From positions 1-64,000 of the forward strand of contig JBBRNJ010000029.1 in the NCBI GenBank assembly GCA_038230375.1: a stretch of DNA of 64,000 bases, read 5' to 3'. Within the stretch, counting starts at the first letter, position 1, and every line of letters starts with the position of its first letter. Under the pieces are notes generated by a model that had not been told where the DNA came from, made no database searches, and was given only the letters and a program-made list of their open reading frames with translations. The DNA comes from Polyangiales bacterium. Lineage in GTDB: Bacteria; Myxococcota_A; Polyangia; Polyangiales; Polyangiaceae. Below, piece by piece: positions 8,961-17,387 of this stretch. The position numbers and the translations under genes are program-made.

Positions 8961-9168
8961 GGAACGCGAGCACGCCGCAGAAATACGTGTCGGGTCGCCG
9001 GTGCAAGATCGAGAGCGTCGTGCCACACGAGCAGTTGCGCAGCTCGATCGGCTCGTCGTCCGTCCCGTCATGCTGGAGGCCGAGGAGGGGCAGCAGGAGC
9101 CACGTAGCATGCGTGTAGCTCTTGCCGCATCTGCATGTCTTGATGGTCGCCGCGAAGTACTGGCGCAT
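8827..9168 (-). CDS. Small zinc-ribbon-like protein (CxCG...ELRNCxCG)
   Basis: TCRCGKSY..W..L....ELRNCSCGTTL; TAGCCT -10 lies 6 nt upstream of the ATG. The tail overlaps the convergent gene. Confidence 0.6.
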   Translation of the reverse strand: MRQYFAATIKTCRCGKSYTHATWLLLPLLGLQHDGTDDEPIELRNCSCGTTLSILHRRPDTYFCGVLAFLTQPDRARGTVQTASSGRLGPWAFPLPRVPLSTRRGARTLRRAR

Positions 9169-9282
9169 GACACAAGGCTACGCAAGCGCGACACGGTTCC
9201 AAAACAGCGATGAGCTGTATCGACTAGACCGATGCCCAGCTCAAAGCCGACGGCGCTGCGAGCACCCATGCGTTTCACATGT

Positions 9283-10623
9283 TCACGGCTTCGCGATGCG
9301 CCGGATCCCGTTGCTGCCCACCCACATGACGGCGTTGGTGTCGAGGTAGAGCGCGCCGCCCGGCTCGTCCGCGAGCACCTTCACGTTCGCGCCCGCCCCG
9401 CAACCTGCGGTGCGCGAGCAGTACCGGATCGCGTTGCTCTGGAGGAAGAAGACGTTCGTGCCGTCCGAGACGACATTTCCGCCGGCGATCTTGCTGACGA
9501 AGACGGTGGGCGCCGAGTCCGCGCCCGACGCATTCGCGACGACGACATCGGTGCCCGTCTGCAGGTAATTCTGTCCTACGTAGTAGACATTGTTGGCGTC
9601 GACCGCGAGCGTGCCATTGTCGTAATACGTGTTTCCCGCCGTGACGACCACCGTCTCGGTCGACGGAGACAGGAGGCTCGCGCGCTTCACGCCGCCGTTC
9701 AGCTGCACGTTGTCATTGAGATACGTGCCGGAGTTGAGCCAGTAGATCGAGCCGTTCGCGACGATGAGGTCGTTCGCATTTGCCTGGGTGGCGCCGCCGA
9801 TGCGATTGCCAACTATGTCGAATATGCCGCCTGCGGGCGCCTGATTGTAGGTGGTTGGAACCGCGTAGTAGGCAGTCCCGGTGGCGGGGTTGACGGTCAT
9901 CGCGCTCATGCTCGCGATGCCGCCCTTCAGCACGGTGGAGCTGCCGGCGCCGCACGGAAGCGTGCACTGACGGATGTCATACGTGGCCCCGTTGTAGCAG
10001 GAGAAATAGGCCTTCCCGAGCGCCGCGACAGCGCTCTTGCAATAGCTGGCTCCAGCATCGAAGACGGTCTGCGGGTCCGTGCCATCGAGCTTCGCCGTGA
10101 AGAATCCAGCATGCGTCGGCCCGGACTGGTCGCGGGTCCAGTACACGCGGCCACCGTCGGTGAAGAGGCGATTGCCCAGCGCGTCGGAGGTCACTGTGAA
10201 CGCGCTGCACTTGCCGGCGTTGCAGGTGCCAACGAGGCAGTCATGGCCGCAGCGACCGCAGTTCTTCGCGTCGCCTTGCGTGTCGACGCAGGTCGTTCCG
10301 CACGCGGTCTGGGCTGCCGGCGGGCACGCGCAGATCGCGCCATTGCATTGCGCGCCGCCGTTGCAGGTGTTGCCCGCGCAGCACGCCGAATTCACCGTCC
10401 CGCATGGCGCGGGACCGGAATCGGAGGTGCCAGCGGCATCACCACCGCCCGACGCTAAGCCTCCGTCACCCCCATTGCCAGCGGCCGCTCCGTCATTCGA
10501 GGGTGAGCCGCCATCATCGGTTGTGGACGTTTCGCCGCTGGCCGAGTCGCCGACGCAAGCGGGCAGAAGCGCCCCGGCGAGACCGACAATGACGATCGGA
10601 ACCGTGAAGACAAACGAGCGCAT
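9283..10623 (-). CDS. Cys-rich lipoprotein with beta-propeller (DUF5050-like) C-terminus
   Basis: Lipobox LPAC; DGG linker; CVDTQGDAKNCGRCGHDC (Stig1-like); repeated xDxxxVYW blades. Confidence 0.8.
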   Translation of the reverse strand: MRSFVFTVPIVIVGLAGALLPACVGDSASGETSTTDDGGSPSNDGAAAGNGGDGGLASGGGDAAGTSDSGPAPCGTVNSACCAGNTCNGGAQCNGAICACPPAAQTACGTTCVDTQGDAKNCGRCGHDCLVGTCNAGKCSAFTVTSDALGNRLFTDGGRVYWTRDQSGPTHAGFFTAKLDGTDPQTVFDAGASYCKSAVAALGKAYFSCYNGATYDIRQCTLPCGAGSSTVLKGGIASMSAMTVNPATGTAYYAVPTTYNQAPAGGIFDIVGNRIGGATQANANDLIVANGSIYWLNSGTYLNDNVQLNGGVKRASLLSPSTETVVVTAGNTYYDNGTLAVDANNVYYVGQNYLQTGTDVVVANASGADSAPTVFVSKIAGGNVVSDGTNVFFLQSNAIRYCSRTAGCGAGANVKVLADEPGGALYLDTNAVMWVGSNGIRRIAKP

Positions 10624-10690
10624 GATGAAAGCCTGACGAACGTTCGCGATCGTGCGGTGGTGCGCGTGTCGAAACGTCTACTCTTTCAGT

Positions 10691-11032
10691 TCACCACGAA
10701 CGATCACGCACTCCAAAACGCCGATGCATGCCATCGGTGTCGCCGATGCATGCCATCGGTGTCGCCGAGCCCTTGAACGTCTCGAGCCGATCGAAGCCAG
10801 CGTCGCGTAGCAGCGTCTCGATCTGTGGCCAGGTCATGATCGCGAAGTGGTGCTCGTCCTTGACGATCGCGCCGTTGACCTCGAACGTTGTAGTTGCGCA
10901 AGATCCACAGAAAGCTCGGGCCCTCCAGGAACACGACACCACCGGGCTTGAGCGCTCGATGGACGTGGCGTAGCGCGTCTCGACGCGCGTCGTCGGAGAG
11001 AAGGTACCAGCCTGCCTGTGATCGCGGATCAC
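10691..11032 (-). pseudogene. Gene fragment, possibly the C-terminus of a class I methyltransferase
   Basis: EHHFAIMTWPQIETLLRDAGFDRLETF resembles methyltransferase C-termini. Both ends are occupied by tandem hairpin repeats. Confidence 0.35.
10719..10768. repeat. Tandem 22-bp hairpin repeat (about 2.3 copies)
   Basis: CGCCGATGCATGCCATCGGTGT at 10719 and 10741, then partial CGCCGA; internal inverted repeat CCGATG/CATCGG. Confidence 0.9.
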
Positions 11033-11072
11033 ACCCGCCTGTGATCGCGGATCACACCCGCCTGTGATCGCG
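11014..11072. repeat. Tandem 23-bp hairpin repeat (about 2.6 copies)
   Basis: GCCTGTGATCGCGGATCACACCC at 11014 and 11037, partial at 11060; perfect inverted repeat TGTGATC-GCG-GATCACA. Confidence 0.9.
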
Positions 11073-11179
11073 CGCTGCGACGGGCGCCGTGCTCACGGCT
11101 GCGTGACGATTCGCGCGCCGGGCTCGGCGCGGCCAGCAGACGGAGGTGGAGTTCGCGGGCGCGCTGACGGCGAAGAAGG

Positions 11180-11440
11180 ACGGCTTTCCCCCGTCGGGGA
11201 TCAAGGTGGACGTGCTGGAGTGTCCGCGCTGCCACGGTCGGCTGAAGGTGCTGGGGATGGTGACGGAGCTCGGCGAGGTGCGGCGTTTCCTGAAAAGGGC
11301 TCGCGGTGGCGACGACGCTCCCAGAGCGCACACCCGCGCGTGGTCCGCCGTTCTGGCAAAGCAAGACCCTCCGCCGACTCTCGGGCACCAGGTGCTTTTG
11401 TAGAAGGTTGGCAAGCAGGCACGCCGAAGGGGAGTGTCCG
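11180..11440 (+). mobile_element. IS91-family transposase C-terminal remnant (frameshifted)
   Basis: VDVLECPRCHGRLKVLGMVTE..EVRRFL in one frame and PERTPARGPPFW in another: the typical CPxCxG zinc finger and ARGPP terminus. Confidence 0.8.
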
Positions 11441-11452
11441 CGCTGGACTGGG

Positions 11453-11848
11453 TCAGCGGCAGTGACCCGATGCGCAGACCTTCGAGGCGCAGTCGAAGGA
11501 GCTCACGCACGCGGCGTTCGGCGCGGACGCGACCTTCATCATGCAGATGCCGACACCGCTCTGGTCGTGGAGGCAGGAGAAGAGGTTGCTGACTCCCGCA
11601 AGATTGGGACACGAGCAGTCCCTGTCCTCGCGGCACTGCGGCGTGCATCTGCCCTGGAAGCACATGAGCGGCGAGGCGCACTCGGAGTTTCGGGTGCACG
11701 GCGGGCCTGTCATGGCCTGGCACTGATCGAAGAGGCCGCCGCACGCGTCCGCCTCCCGTGGCGCAGGCACGAGCACTGCCGCGACGACGATGACTCCGAG
11801 CACGACGGCGAGCTTCCCCAGACGTCCCATGGTGGTTTGTGCAGCCAT
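11453..11848 (-). CDS. Small secreted Cys-rich protein
   Basis: Hydrophobic signal ending ADA; repeated CxxxxxC..C...C units; TACGCT 6 nt before the ATG. Confidence 0.7.
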   Translation of the reverse strand: MAAQTTMGRLGKLAVVLGVIVVAAVLVPAPREADACGGLFDQCQAMTGPPCTRNSECASPLMCFQGRCTPQCREDRDCSCPNLAGVSNLFSCLHDQSGVGICMMKVASAPNAACVSSFDCASKVCASGHCR

Positions 11849-11976
11849 GCGCCGAGCGTAGCAGAGCGTCGCGCGTGCGTGGGTGTCTGCGCGTCACATC
11901 ATACGGCGGGCGCTCGCGTCGGTTCTGGACTACGCTGCAGCTCTCGCCGCGAAGCCGGCCACTCGGGAGGAACACC

Positions 11977-12546
11977 ATGAACATCAAGAAGCGCCGCCTG
12001 CACGTGCTCCTCGGGGCCGCCGGAATTGCCGCCGCCACTGCACTGGTGTCCGCACGTAGCTTCACGCAGATCAACCCGCCGAGCATCACTACGGCGCATG
12101 CACCTGGCACCATCACTGCCACCTTCAATCCACCGACGGCGCCGTCCATCACCGAGGGCGTGTTCACGGTGCAGTCGAACCAGATCGCGGTCGGTTCGGA
12201 CGCGCCCGTCGTCGTCGCGCAGGTGTTCCTCAAGCCAGGTCAGTACGTACTCGACGCCAAGGTCGTCGGCGTGAACGACACCCAGCAGCAGATCGCGCTC
12301 GCGTGCGGCCTGACGACCGTGCAGCCGTGGGCGCCGCAGGAGAACGGTGAGATCGATTACAGCTCGGTGACCATCGCGCCCCAGAGCCGCCTTCCACTGT
12401 CGCTCGTCGGGACCATGAGCACGGCGACAGTGCGCGGCGTTTTACCGGGCGGCGTGACCCTCGCGCTCGCCTGCCGAAGCTCGAGTGGACCGGCGACGGT
12501 TCGCTGGGTGAGGCTCGTGGCACGCGCGGTCCCGCACATCAACTGA
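11977..12546 (+). CDS. Secreted hypothetical beta-rich protein
   Basis: GGGAGG RBS before ATG 11977; basic plus hydrophobic signal peptide; GC3-biased codons. Confidence 0.7.
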   Translation: MNIKKRRLHVLLGAAGIAAATALVSARSFTQINPPSITTAHAPGTITATFNPPTAPSITEGVFTVQSNQIAVGSDAPVVVAQVFLKPGQYVLDAKVVGVNDTQQQIALACGLTTVQPWAPQENGEIDYSSVTIAPQSRLPLSLVGTMSTATVRGVLPGGVTLALACRSSSGPATVRWVRLVARAVPHIN

Positions 12547-12571
12547 CTAGGCACCGACAAGATCGCCACCG

Positions 12572-12820
12572 TCATCGCAGCGTGCGGGGCAGCTCGTAGA
12601 GCTGGATGTCGGTGAACAGGTTCAACATCTGCACTGCCTCCACGTGCCGGCTGGCGCACTGCTGCAGACTGAGCTTGTACACGTGAAGTGGAATGCTCCG
12701 GTCGCTCGAGTCGAGTGCGCTCAGCTTGGACTTGTATGCCTCGGCAAGGAGGCGCTTGTGCCTTGCGAACCCTTTCTTCCACGCAGCGTCCAGCCTTCGC
12801 CCCATATCAGGTGCATGCAT
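12572..12820 (-). pseudogene. Hypothetical gene fragment abutting the IS91 repeat
   Basis: 82-aa plausible protein whose first codons (MHAP) come from the 165-bp repeat. Confidence 0.4.
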
Positions 12821-13040
12821 TCTACAAGGAACGGACAGGCGGCGAGAGCGGGTCGGTGTGCGTGGTTCACCCCGTCGGGTATCACGAAGCGCGTCAGCGC
12901 ACGCAGGGAGATCTGAAGCTGAATCCGCATCTGCATGGGGTGTTCGTGGACGGCGGTCTCGCGGAGACAGCGACGGGTGAGGTATATCCCGTGGGCGGAG
13001 CTGACCCTGAGCGCGCGCCCGCGCGTGGTCCGCCGTTCTG
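12810..13040 (+). mobile_element. Internally deleted IS91-family remnant (copy 2 of the 165-bp repeat fused to the ARGPP end)
   Basis: LKLNPHLHGVFVDG followed within about 60 bp by PERAPARGPPF; 23 bp at 13018-13040 are identical to 11333-11355. Confidence 0.8.
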
Positions 13041-13140
13041 TGACTGCGCCCGTATCGATCGGCGCGCAAGAGAGCGATGCGACGTGCACGCCGTGACGTG
13101 ATTCAACGGGGCTCGGCCACGGCCGCGTTATCATGCAGGC

Positions 13141-13767
13141 GTGCAAATCACGGTAGACCCGCATCCGCTGCTCGACGTCCAGGCGTTCGTCGCTGAGTAC
13201 CCTTCCCCGCCTGGATGCGACGAGCGGCTCGTCTCCCTCTTGAAGCTCGACGCGGTCGCGCCCGTCTCCACCGATGACCGCGTGCGCTCGGCCGTGCGCG
13301 ACCTGCTGCGACACGGAGGCTACAAGCCAACCGGCCGCGGCAAGCCTGCCTCCGAGTACCTGCTCCGCGCCGTTGGTGAAGGCACGCTCTCGACCATCAA
13401 CGCTGCGGTCGACGCCTGCAACGTCGCCTCGTTGCATTCCGGTCTGCCGATCAGCGTCGTCGACCTCGACAAGACGCGTGAGCCAGTGCGCGTGAGCATT
13501 GCGCCGCCGGGCGCGAGCTACGTGTTCAATGCTTCCGGACAGACCATCGACGTGGGCGGTTTGCTCTGCCTCTGGGACAGAGATGGGCCATGCGCGAATG
13601 CCGTGAAGGATTCACAGCGCACCAAGACCAGCGCCACCACCCAGCGCACGCTCGCCGTTGTCTGGGGCACGCAGGCGTTGCCGGGGCACACCGCGAAGAC
13701 AACGGCGTGGTACCGCGCACTCGTCGCGCAGTCCGGCGGCGTCGTGCGAGAGGTCGAGCTCGGTTGA
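13141..13767 (+). CDS. Stand-alone B3/B4 (PheT-like editing) domain protein
   Basis: GYKPTGRGKPASEYL, INAAVDACNVASLHSGLPISVVDLD, PCANAVKDSQRTK. Confidence 0.9.
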   Translation: MQITVDPHPLLDVQAFVAEYPSPPGCDERLVSLLKLDAVAPVSTDDRVRSAVRDLLRHGGYKPTGRGKPASEYLLRAVGEGTLSTINAAVDACNVASLHSGLPISVVDLDKTREPVRVSIAPPGASYVFNASGQTIDVGGLLCLWDRDGPCANAVKDSQRTKTSATTQRTLAVVWGTQALPGHTAKTTAWYRALVAQSGGVVREVELG

Positions 13768-13930
13768 TGGGCCGTGCACGCGTCAGTGCCTCACGGGGGC
13801 GACACGTGCGCCTTCATCACCGTGAAGGGAACGGACGGCGACCACAAGGTCCGCCTGCGTGCCGCCCGGAAAATAGAGGGCGTCAGCGCAGTGCACCCTT
13901 CGGGCGGCAGCCTGATACGCTCGGGCTCCG

Positions 13931-14518
13931 ATGAAGAAGAAGAAGAAGCCAGCGAAGAAGGCCGCGCCGAAGATCAAGAAGGCCGCACCGAAGAAGGCGC
14001 CCGCGAAGAAGCCGAAGAAGGCACCCGCGAAGAAGGCACCCGCGAAGAAGGCACCCGCGAAGAAGGCACCCGCGAAGAAGGCACCCGCGAAGAGGGCGGC
14101 GAGCGCACCGAATGCGCTTCATGTCCGCCACGTCCACACGATGAATAGTCGCCGCGCCTTCGATGCACTCTCGCCCGGTGACCGTGCGCAGCTCGCGGCC
14201 GCGTTCAAGGCGGCGTTCGGGCACACGTCAATGGCGGTTGGCTACGCGTACCATGAGAAGGAAGGCGTCTCGCTCTACAAGCTGCAGCTGGTGAAGGCCG
14301 GCGCTGTCCTCTGGGACGTCTGGATCGACGTGGCAATGGACAATGGCGCGGTCTTCCACCCCACCACCGAGAGACCGAACGGCATCGGCGTATCCCAGGA
14401 GGAGGTCTACGACATGGAAGCGTCGCGCGACGATCTGGTGCTCGAGATCCAGCGCGCGCTCGATGGCTTCAGACTGCCGGCAGGGAAGAAGATCGACGAC
14501 GTGATGTGGGTCTACTGA
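13931..14518 (+). CDS. Protein with histone-H1-like KKAPA tail and unknown acidic C-domain
   Basis: About 55-aa Lys/Ala/Pro repeat followed by a roughly 130-aa globular-looking domain. Confidence 0.7.
   Translation: MKKKKKPAKKAAPKIKKAAPKKAPAKKPKKAPAKKAPAKKAPAKKAPAKKAPAKRAASAPNALHVRHVHTMNSRRAFDALSPGDRAQLAAAFKAAFGHTSMAVGYAYHEKEGVSLYKLQLVKAGAVLWDVWIDVAMDNGAVFHPTTERPNGIGVSQEEVYDMEASRDDLVLEIQRALDGFRLPAGKKIDDVMWVY
14014..14088 (+). repeat. 15-bp coding tandem repeat x5
   Basis: GAAGAAGGCACCCGC repeated five times exactly (KKAPA). Confidence 0.95.
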
Positions 14519-14536
14519 CAGCGGCCAGCGCCTGCT

Positions 14537-15373
14537 TCAGCGCTGCTCGGTGCACGGGTCCGGCTCCACGCCGCCGTCCACCTGCGCGACATGGAGCTCC
14601 TCGGCCAGGGTCACGTCGAGCGGGATGTTGACGCGCGCGATCTCGACGCGCTGATAGCTGTTCGCTGCGCACGCTCCGTCACCACCGCTCACCGAGACGA
14701 CCTGCAGCACGCCCGGATCCGGCATGCGCACCACGTATCCGTTCACGCCTCCGAAGGTGAACGTGACCTCGGAGAGCTGACCGTGCGCGTCCGCTTGCAC
14801 CGCGTGGCCAGGGCTCTTGTTCATGCAGAAGCTCTGGTTCGCGCGCGTGAACCAGCCTTCACCGACACCCGGAAGCAATACGACGTGCGAGACGCTGCCC
14901 TGGCGAACCGTGAGCTCCACGCGACGCTCCACATGACTGCCAGCCTCCTGGATGGGCATGGGGTGTGGCGTCTTGTTGATGACGATCTTCTCCGAGGAGA
15001 CTCGCCACACGATGACGACCGGATCGGTCGAGCCCTTGGTCCACGCAGGCACGCCAATGAGGAGCGGGCCCTTCCCTGGCTTCACGGAGAACGGCGGTGG
15101 CGCACCGCAATCCGGACGATCCGCGATCGCAGATGACGCGACGACGGACGCGTCGAGAAGAGCGTGCGACGTATCGGCGCGGGCGTCCGTCAGGCCGAGC
15201 TCCGCGCTCCCGGTTCCAGCAGCTGCGGGAACACCCGTGGACTCTGGCGGCGCAGAACCTCCGCCGGAGCCACCTGGCAAGCAACCGCCGCGGTCGCAGC
15301 CGGTCGCGACCATGAGCGCAGCGACCATCATCAGCCATGTGCCTCCCACATCAGATCCTCGCGCATGCGCCAT
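14537..15373 (-). CDS. Hypothetical lipoprotein
   Basis: Lipobox ATGC; low-complexity linker; TACGCT 6 nt before ATG 15373. Confidence 0.7.
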   Translation of the reverse strand: MAHARGSDVGGTWLMMVAALMVATGCDRGGCLPGGSGGGSAPPESTGVPAAAGTGSAELGLTDARADTSHALLDASVVASSAIADRPDCGAPPPFSVKPGKGPLLIGVPAWTKGSTDPVVIVWRVSSEKIVINKTPHPMPIQEAGSHVERRVELTVRQGSVSHVVLLPGVGEGWFTRANQSFCMNKSPGHAVQADAHGQLSEVTFTFGGVNGYVVRMPDPGVLQVVSVSGGDGACAANSYQRVEIARVNIPLDVTLAEELHVAQVDGGVEPDPCTEQR

Positions 15374-15517
15374 TGCCGCAGCGTACACCGCTCACGGGCA
15401 GCCTTGGTCGCCCCCGGTCTCGCGAAAGCCCATGACGGCTGAGTCCGGCTGAGTTGTGCAAACCCGTTTGGTGCGGACATCGACGCGCCCGTGACGGAGG
15501 GGGAGTATGCTGCGCCC

Positions 15518-16567
15518 ATGTCCACCAAAGCGTATGCCGCCACGAGCGCCACGACCGCTGTCGCCCCCTTTGCCATCGAGCGCAGGGAGCCGCGCGAGAA
15601 GGACGTGGCCATCGAGATCACCCACTGCGGCGTCTGCCACTCCGACGTGCACCAGGTGAGGAACGAGTGGCAGAACGCGATCTACCCGATGGTCCCGGGC
15701 CACGAGATCGTCGGCAAGGTCACGCGCGTCGGCGCGAAGGTGACCAAGTTCAGGGTCGGTGACACCGTCGGCGTCGGCTGCCTCATCGACTCGTGCCGGA
15801 CGTGCCCGTCTTGCAAGGAAGGGCTCGAGCAGTACTGCGAGACCGGCATGGTCGGCACCTACAACGGCTACGAGAAAGGCAGCAAGACGGACATCGCGTT
15901 CGGCGGCTACTCGGAGCGCATCGTCGTGGACGAGGACTTCGTGCTCAAGGTGTCCTCCAAGCTCGACCCCGCGCGCGTCGCGCCCCTGCTCTGCGCCGGC
16001 ATCACCACGTGGTCGCCGCTTCGTCACTGGAAGGTCGGCAAGGGGCAGCGCGTCGGCATCGTGGGCCTTGGCGGGCTCGGCCACATGGGCGTGAAGTTCG
16101 CGAAGGCGCTCGGCGCAGAGGTCGTCGTGTTCACGACGTCGGAGAGCAAGAAGAAGGACGCCCTTGCCCTTGGCGCGCACGAGGTCGTGCTGTCGAAGGA
16201 CGCGGCGCAGATGAGCGCACAGACCGGCCGCTTCGACTTCGTTCTGGACACCGTGTCGGCACCGCACGACTACAACGAGATCATCAACGTCTTGAAGCGT
16301 GATGGTTCGCTCACGCTTGTGGGCGCACCCCCGACGCCGGCGCAGATCATGGGCTTCGCGCTCATCATGAAGCGACGCAGCGTCGGCGGCTCGCTCATCG
16401 GCGGTCTCAAGGAGACCCAGGAGATGCTGGATTTCTGCGAGAAGCACGAGATCATGTCGGACGTCGAGGTGATCAACATCGCGAAGATCAACGAGTCGTA
16501 CGAGCGCATGCTGAAGGGCGACGTGAAGTACCGCTTCGTCATCGACATCGCCACGCTCCGAAGCTGA
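15518..16567 (+). CDS. Zn-dependent NAD(P) alcohol dehydrogenase (YahK/AdhA-like)
   Basis: CGVCHSD, GHEIVG, CRTCPSC structural zinc site, GLGGLG, GDVKYRFVID. Confidence 0.95.
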   Translation: MSTKAYAATSATTAVAPFAIERREPREKDVAIEITHCGVCHSDVHQVRNEWQNAIYPMVPGHEIVGKVTRVGAKVTKFRVGDTVGVGCLIDSCRTCPSCKEGLEQYCETGMVGTYNGYEKGSKTDIAFGGYSERIVVDEDFVLKVSSKLDPARVAPLLCAGITTWSPLRHWKVGKGQRVGIVGLGGLGHMGVKFAKALGAEVVVFTTSESKKKDALALGAHEVVLSKDAAQMSAQTGRFDFVLDTVSAPHDYNEIINVLKRDGSLTLVGAPPTPAQIMGFALIMKRRSVGGSLIGGLKETQEMLDFCEKHEIMSDVEVINIAKINESYERMLKGDVKYRFVIDIATLRS

Positions 16568-16586
16568 CGAACGGATCCGGATCCGG

Positions 16587-17321
16587 TCAGATCGCAAGCT
16601 CGTAGGTGACGCCGCGCGGCTTCAAGCCGTAGACGCTCTTCCACGGAAGGAGCGCCTCTTGCGGGCCCACGACGAAGGGGAAATCCTCGTAGATCATCCG
16701 CAGGCCCGCGCTCTCGAGCACGAAGTCAGGGCGCGCGAGCGCTGGGTCCCACACCTGCTCCGGCACCTCATCACCTTGCAGCGCGTGGGCACCGGCGACG
16801 CGCAGCCTGGGAGCCCACGGGATGCCTGGCACGAACAGCGCGTCGAGCGTGACTGGCGTCACAACCCCTCCGCGGAGATCGAAGGTGATGCCGAACGCGT
16901 GCTTCGTGGGGTGAGCTCCGCGCACGTCCGACAGTCCGCCGCATGACATACTGACCACGACCTCGGACGCGTAGCGGGCCTCGCACGAGAGCTCGTACGT
17001 GCAGGCCTCTTCGGGCTCGCGGCGCTCGGACGGTGCGGAGCGCTTGCATGCCGGGAGGTCCTTGCGATCACGATCGAACGCGATGCGCTCACGATCGAGG
17101 CGCTTCACGATGGCAGCGTCAACGGCGCGCGCGGTGACAGGGTCGCGGAGCGCGAACGTGGGGACCGTGAATCGAATCGTCGGGTCCCCGAACGACACCG
17201 TGGTGCGACCGATGGTGGGGTGAACTGCAGCCGTGGGCGACGCGTGCGCGGTGTCCTGGATGGCCATGATGGTGAGTGCGAAGAGCCCGATTGCACCCGC
17301 AGTGAGTGGTCCGGATGACAT
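16587..17321 (-). CDS. Secreted DUF3298/RsiV-like protein
   Basis: Signal peptide AHA; GAHP..ITFDL..G..VTLDALF pattern. Confidence 0.6.
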   Translation of the reverse strand: MSSGPLTAGAIGLFALTIMAIQDTAHASPTAAVHPTIGRTTVSFGDPTIRFTVPTFALRDPVTARAVDAAIVKRLDRERIAFDRDRKDLPACKRSAPSERREPEEACTYELSCEARYASEVVVSMSCGGLSDVRGAHPTKHAFGITFDLRGGVVTPVTLDALFVPGIPWAPRLRVAGAHALQGDEVPEQVWDPALARPDFVLESAGLRMIYEDFPFVVGPQEALLPWKSVYGLKPRGVTYELAI

Positions 17322-17387
17322 GATTGATCAATCAACGCCAGGAGCGGCGCTGCGCATTCCGAAGCCGACCCACCGGGCCGACCGCGG

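Noticed and set aside
10719..11072. CRISPR array
   Set aside because: The repeats are contiguous with no spacers, the two sets are unrelated, and no cas genes were seen.
5349..13101. Functional IS91 transposase or integron
   Set aside because: Only short, frameshifted or deleted scraps; no integrase gene or attC-like sites recognised.
13774..14148. ORF with EEGTR repeats
   Set aside because: Alternative frame of the KKAPA repeat; the Lys/Ala frame continues into a coherent domain.
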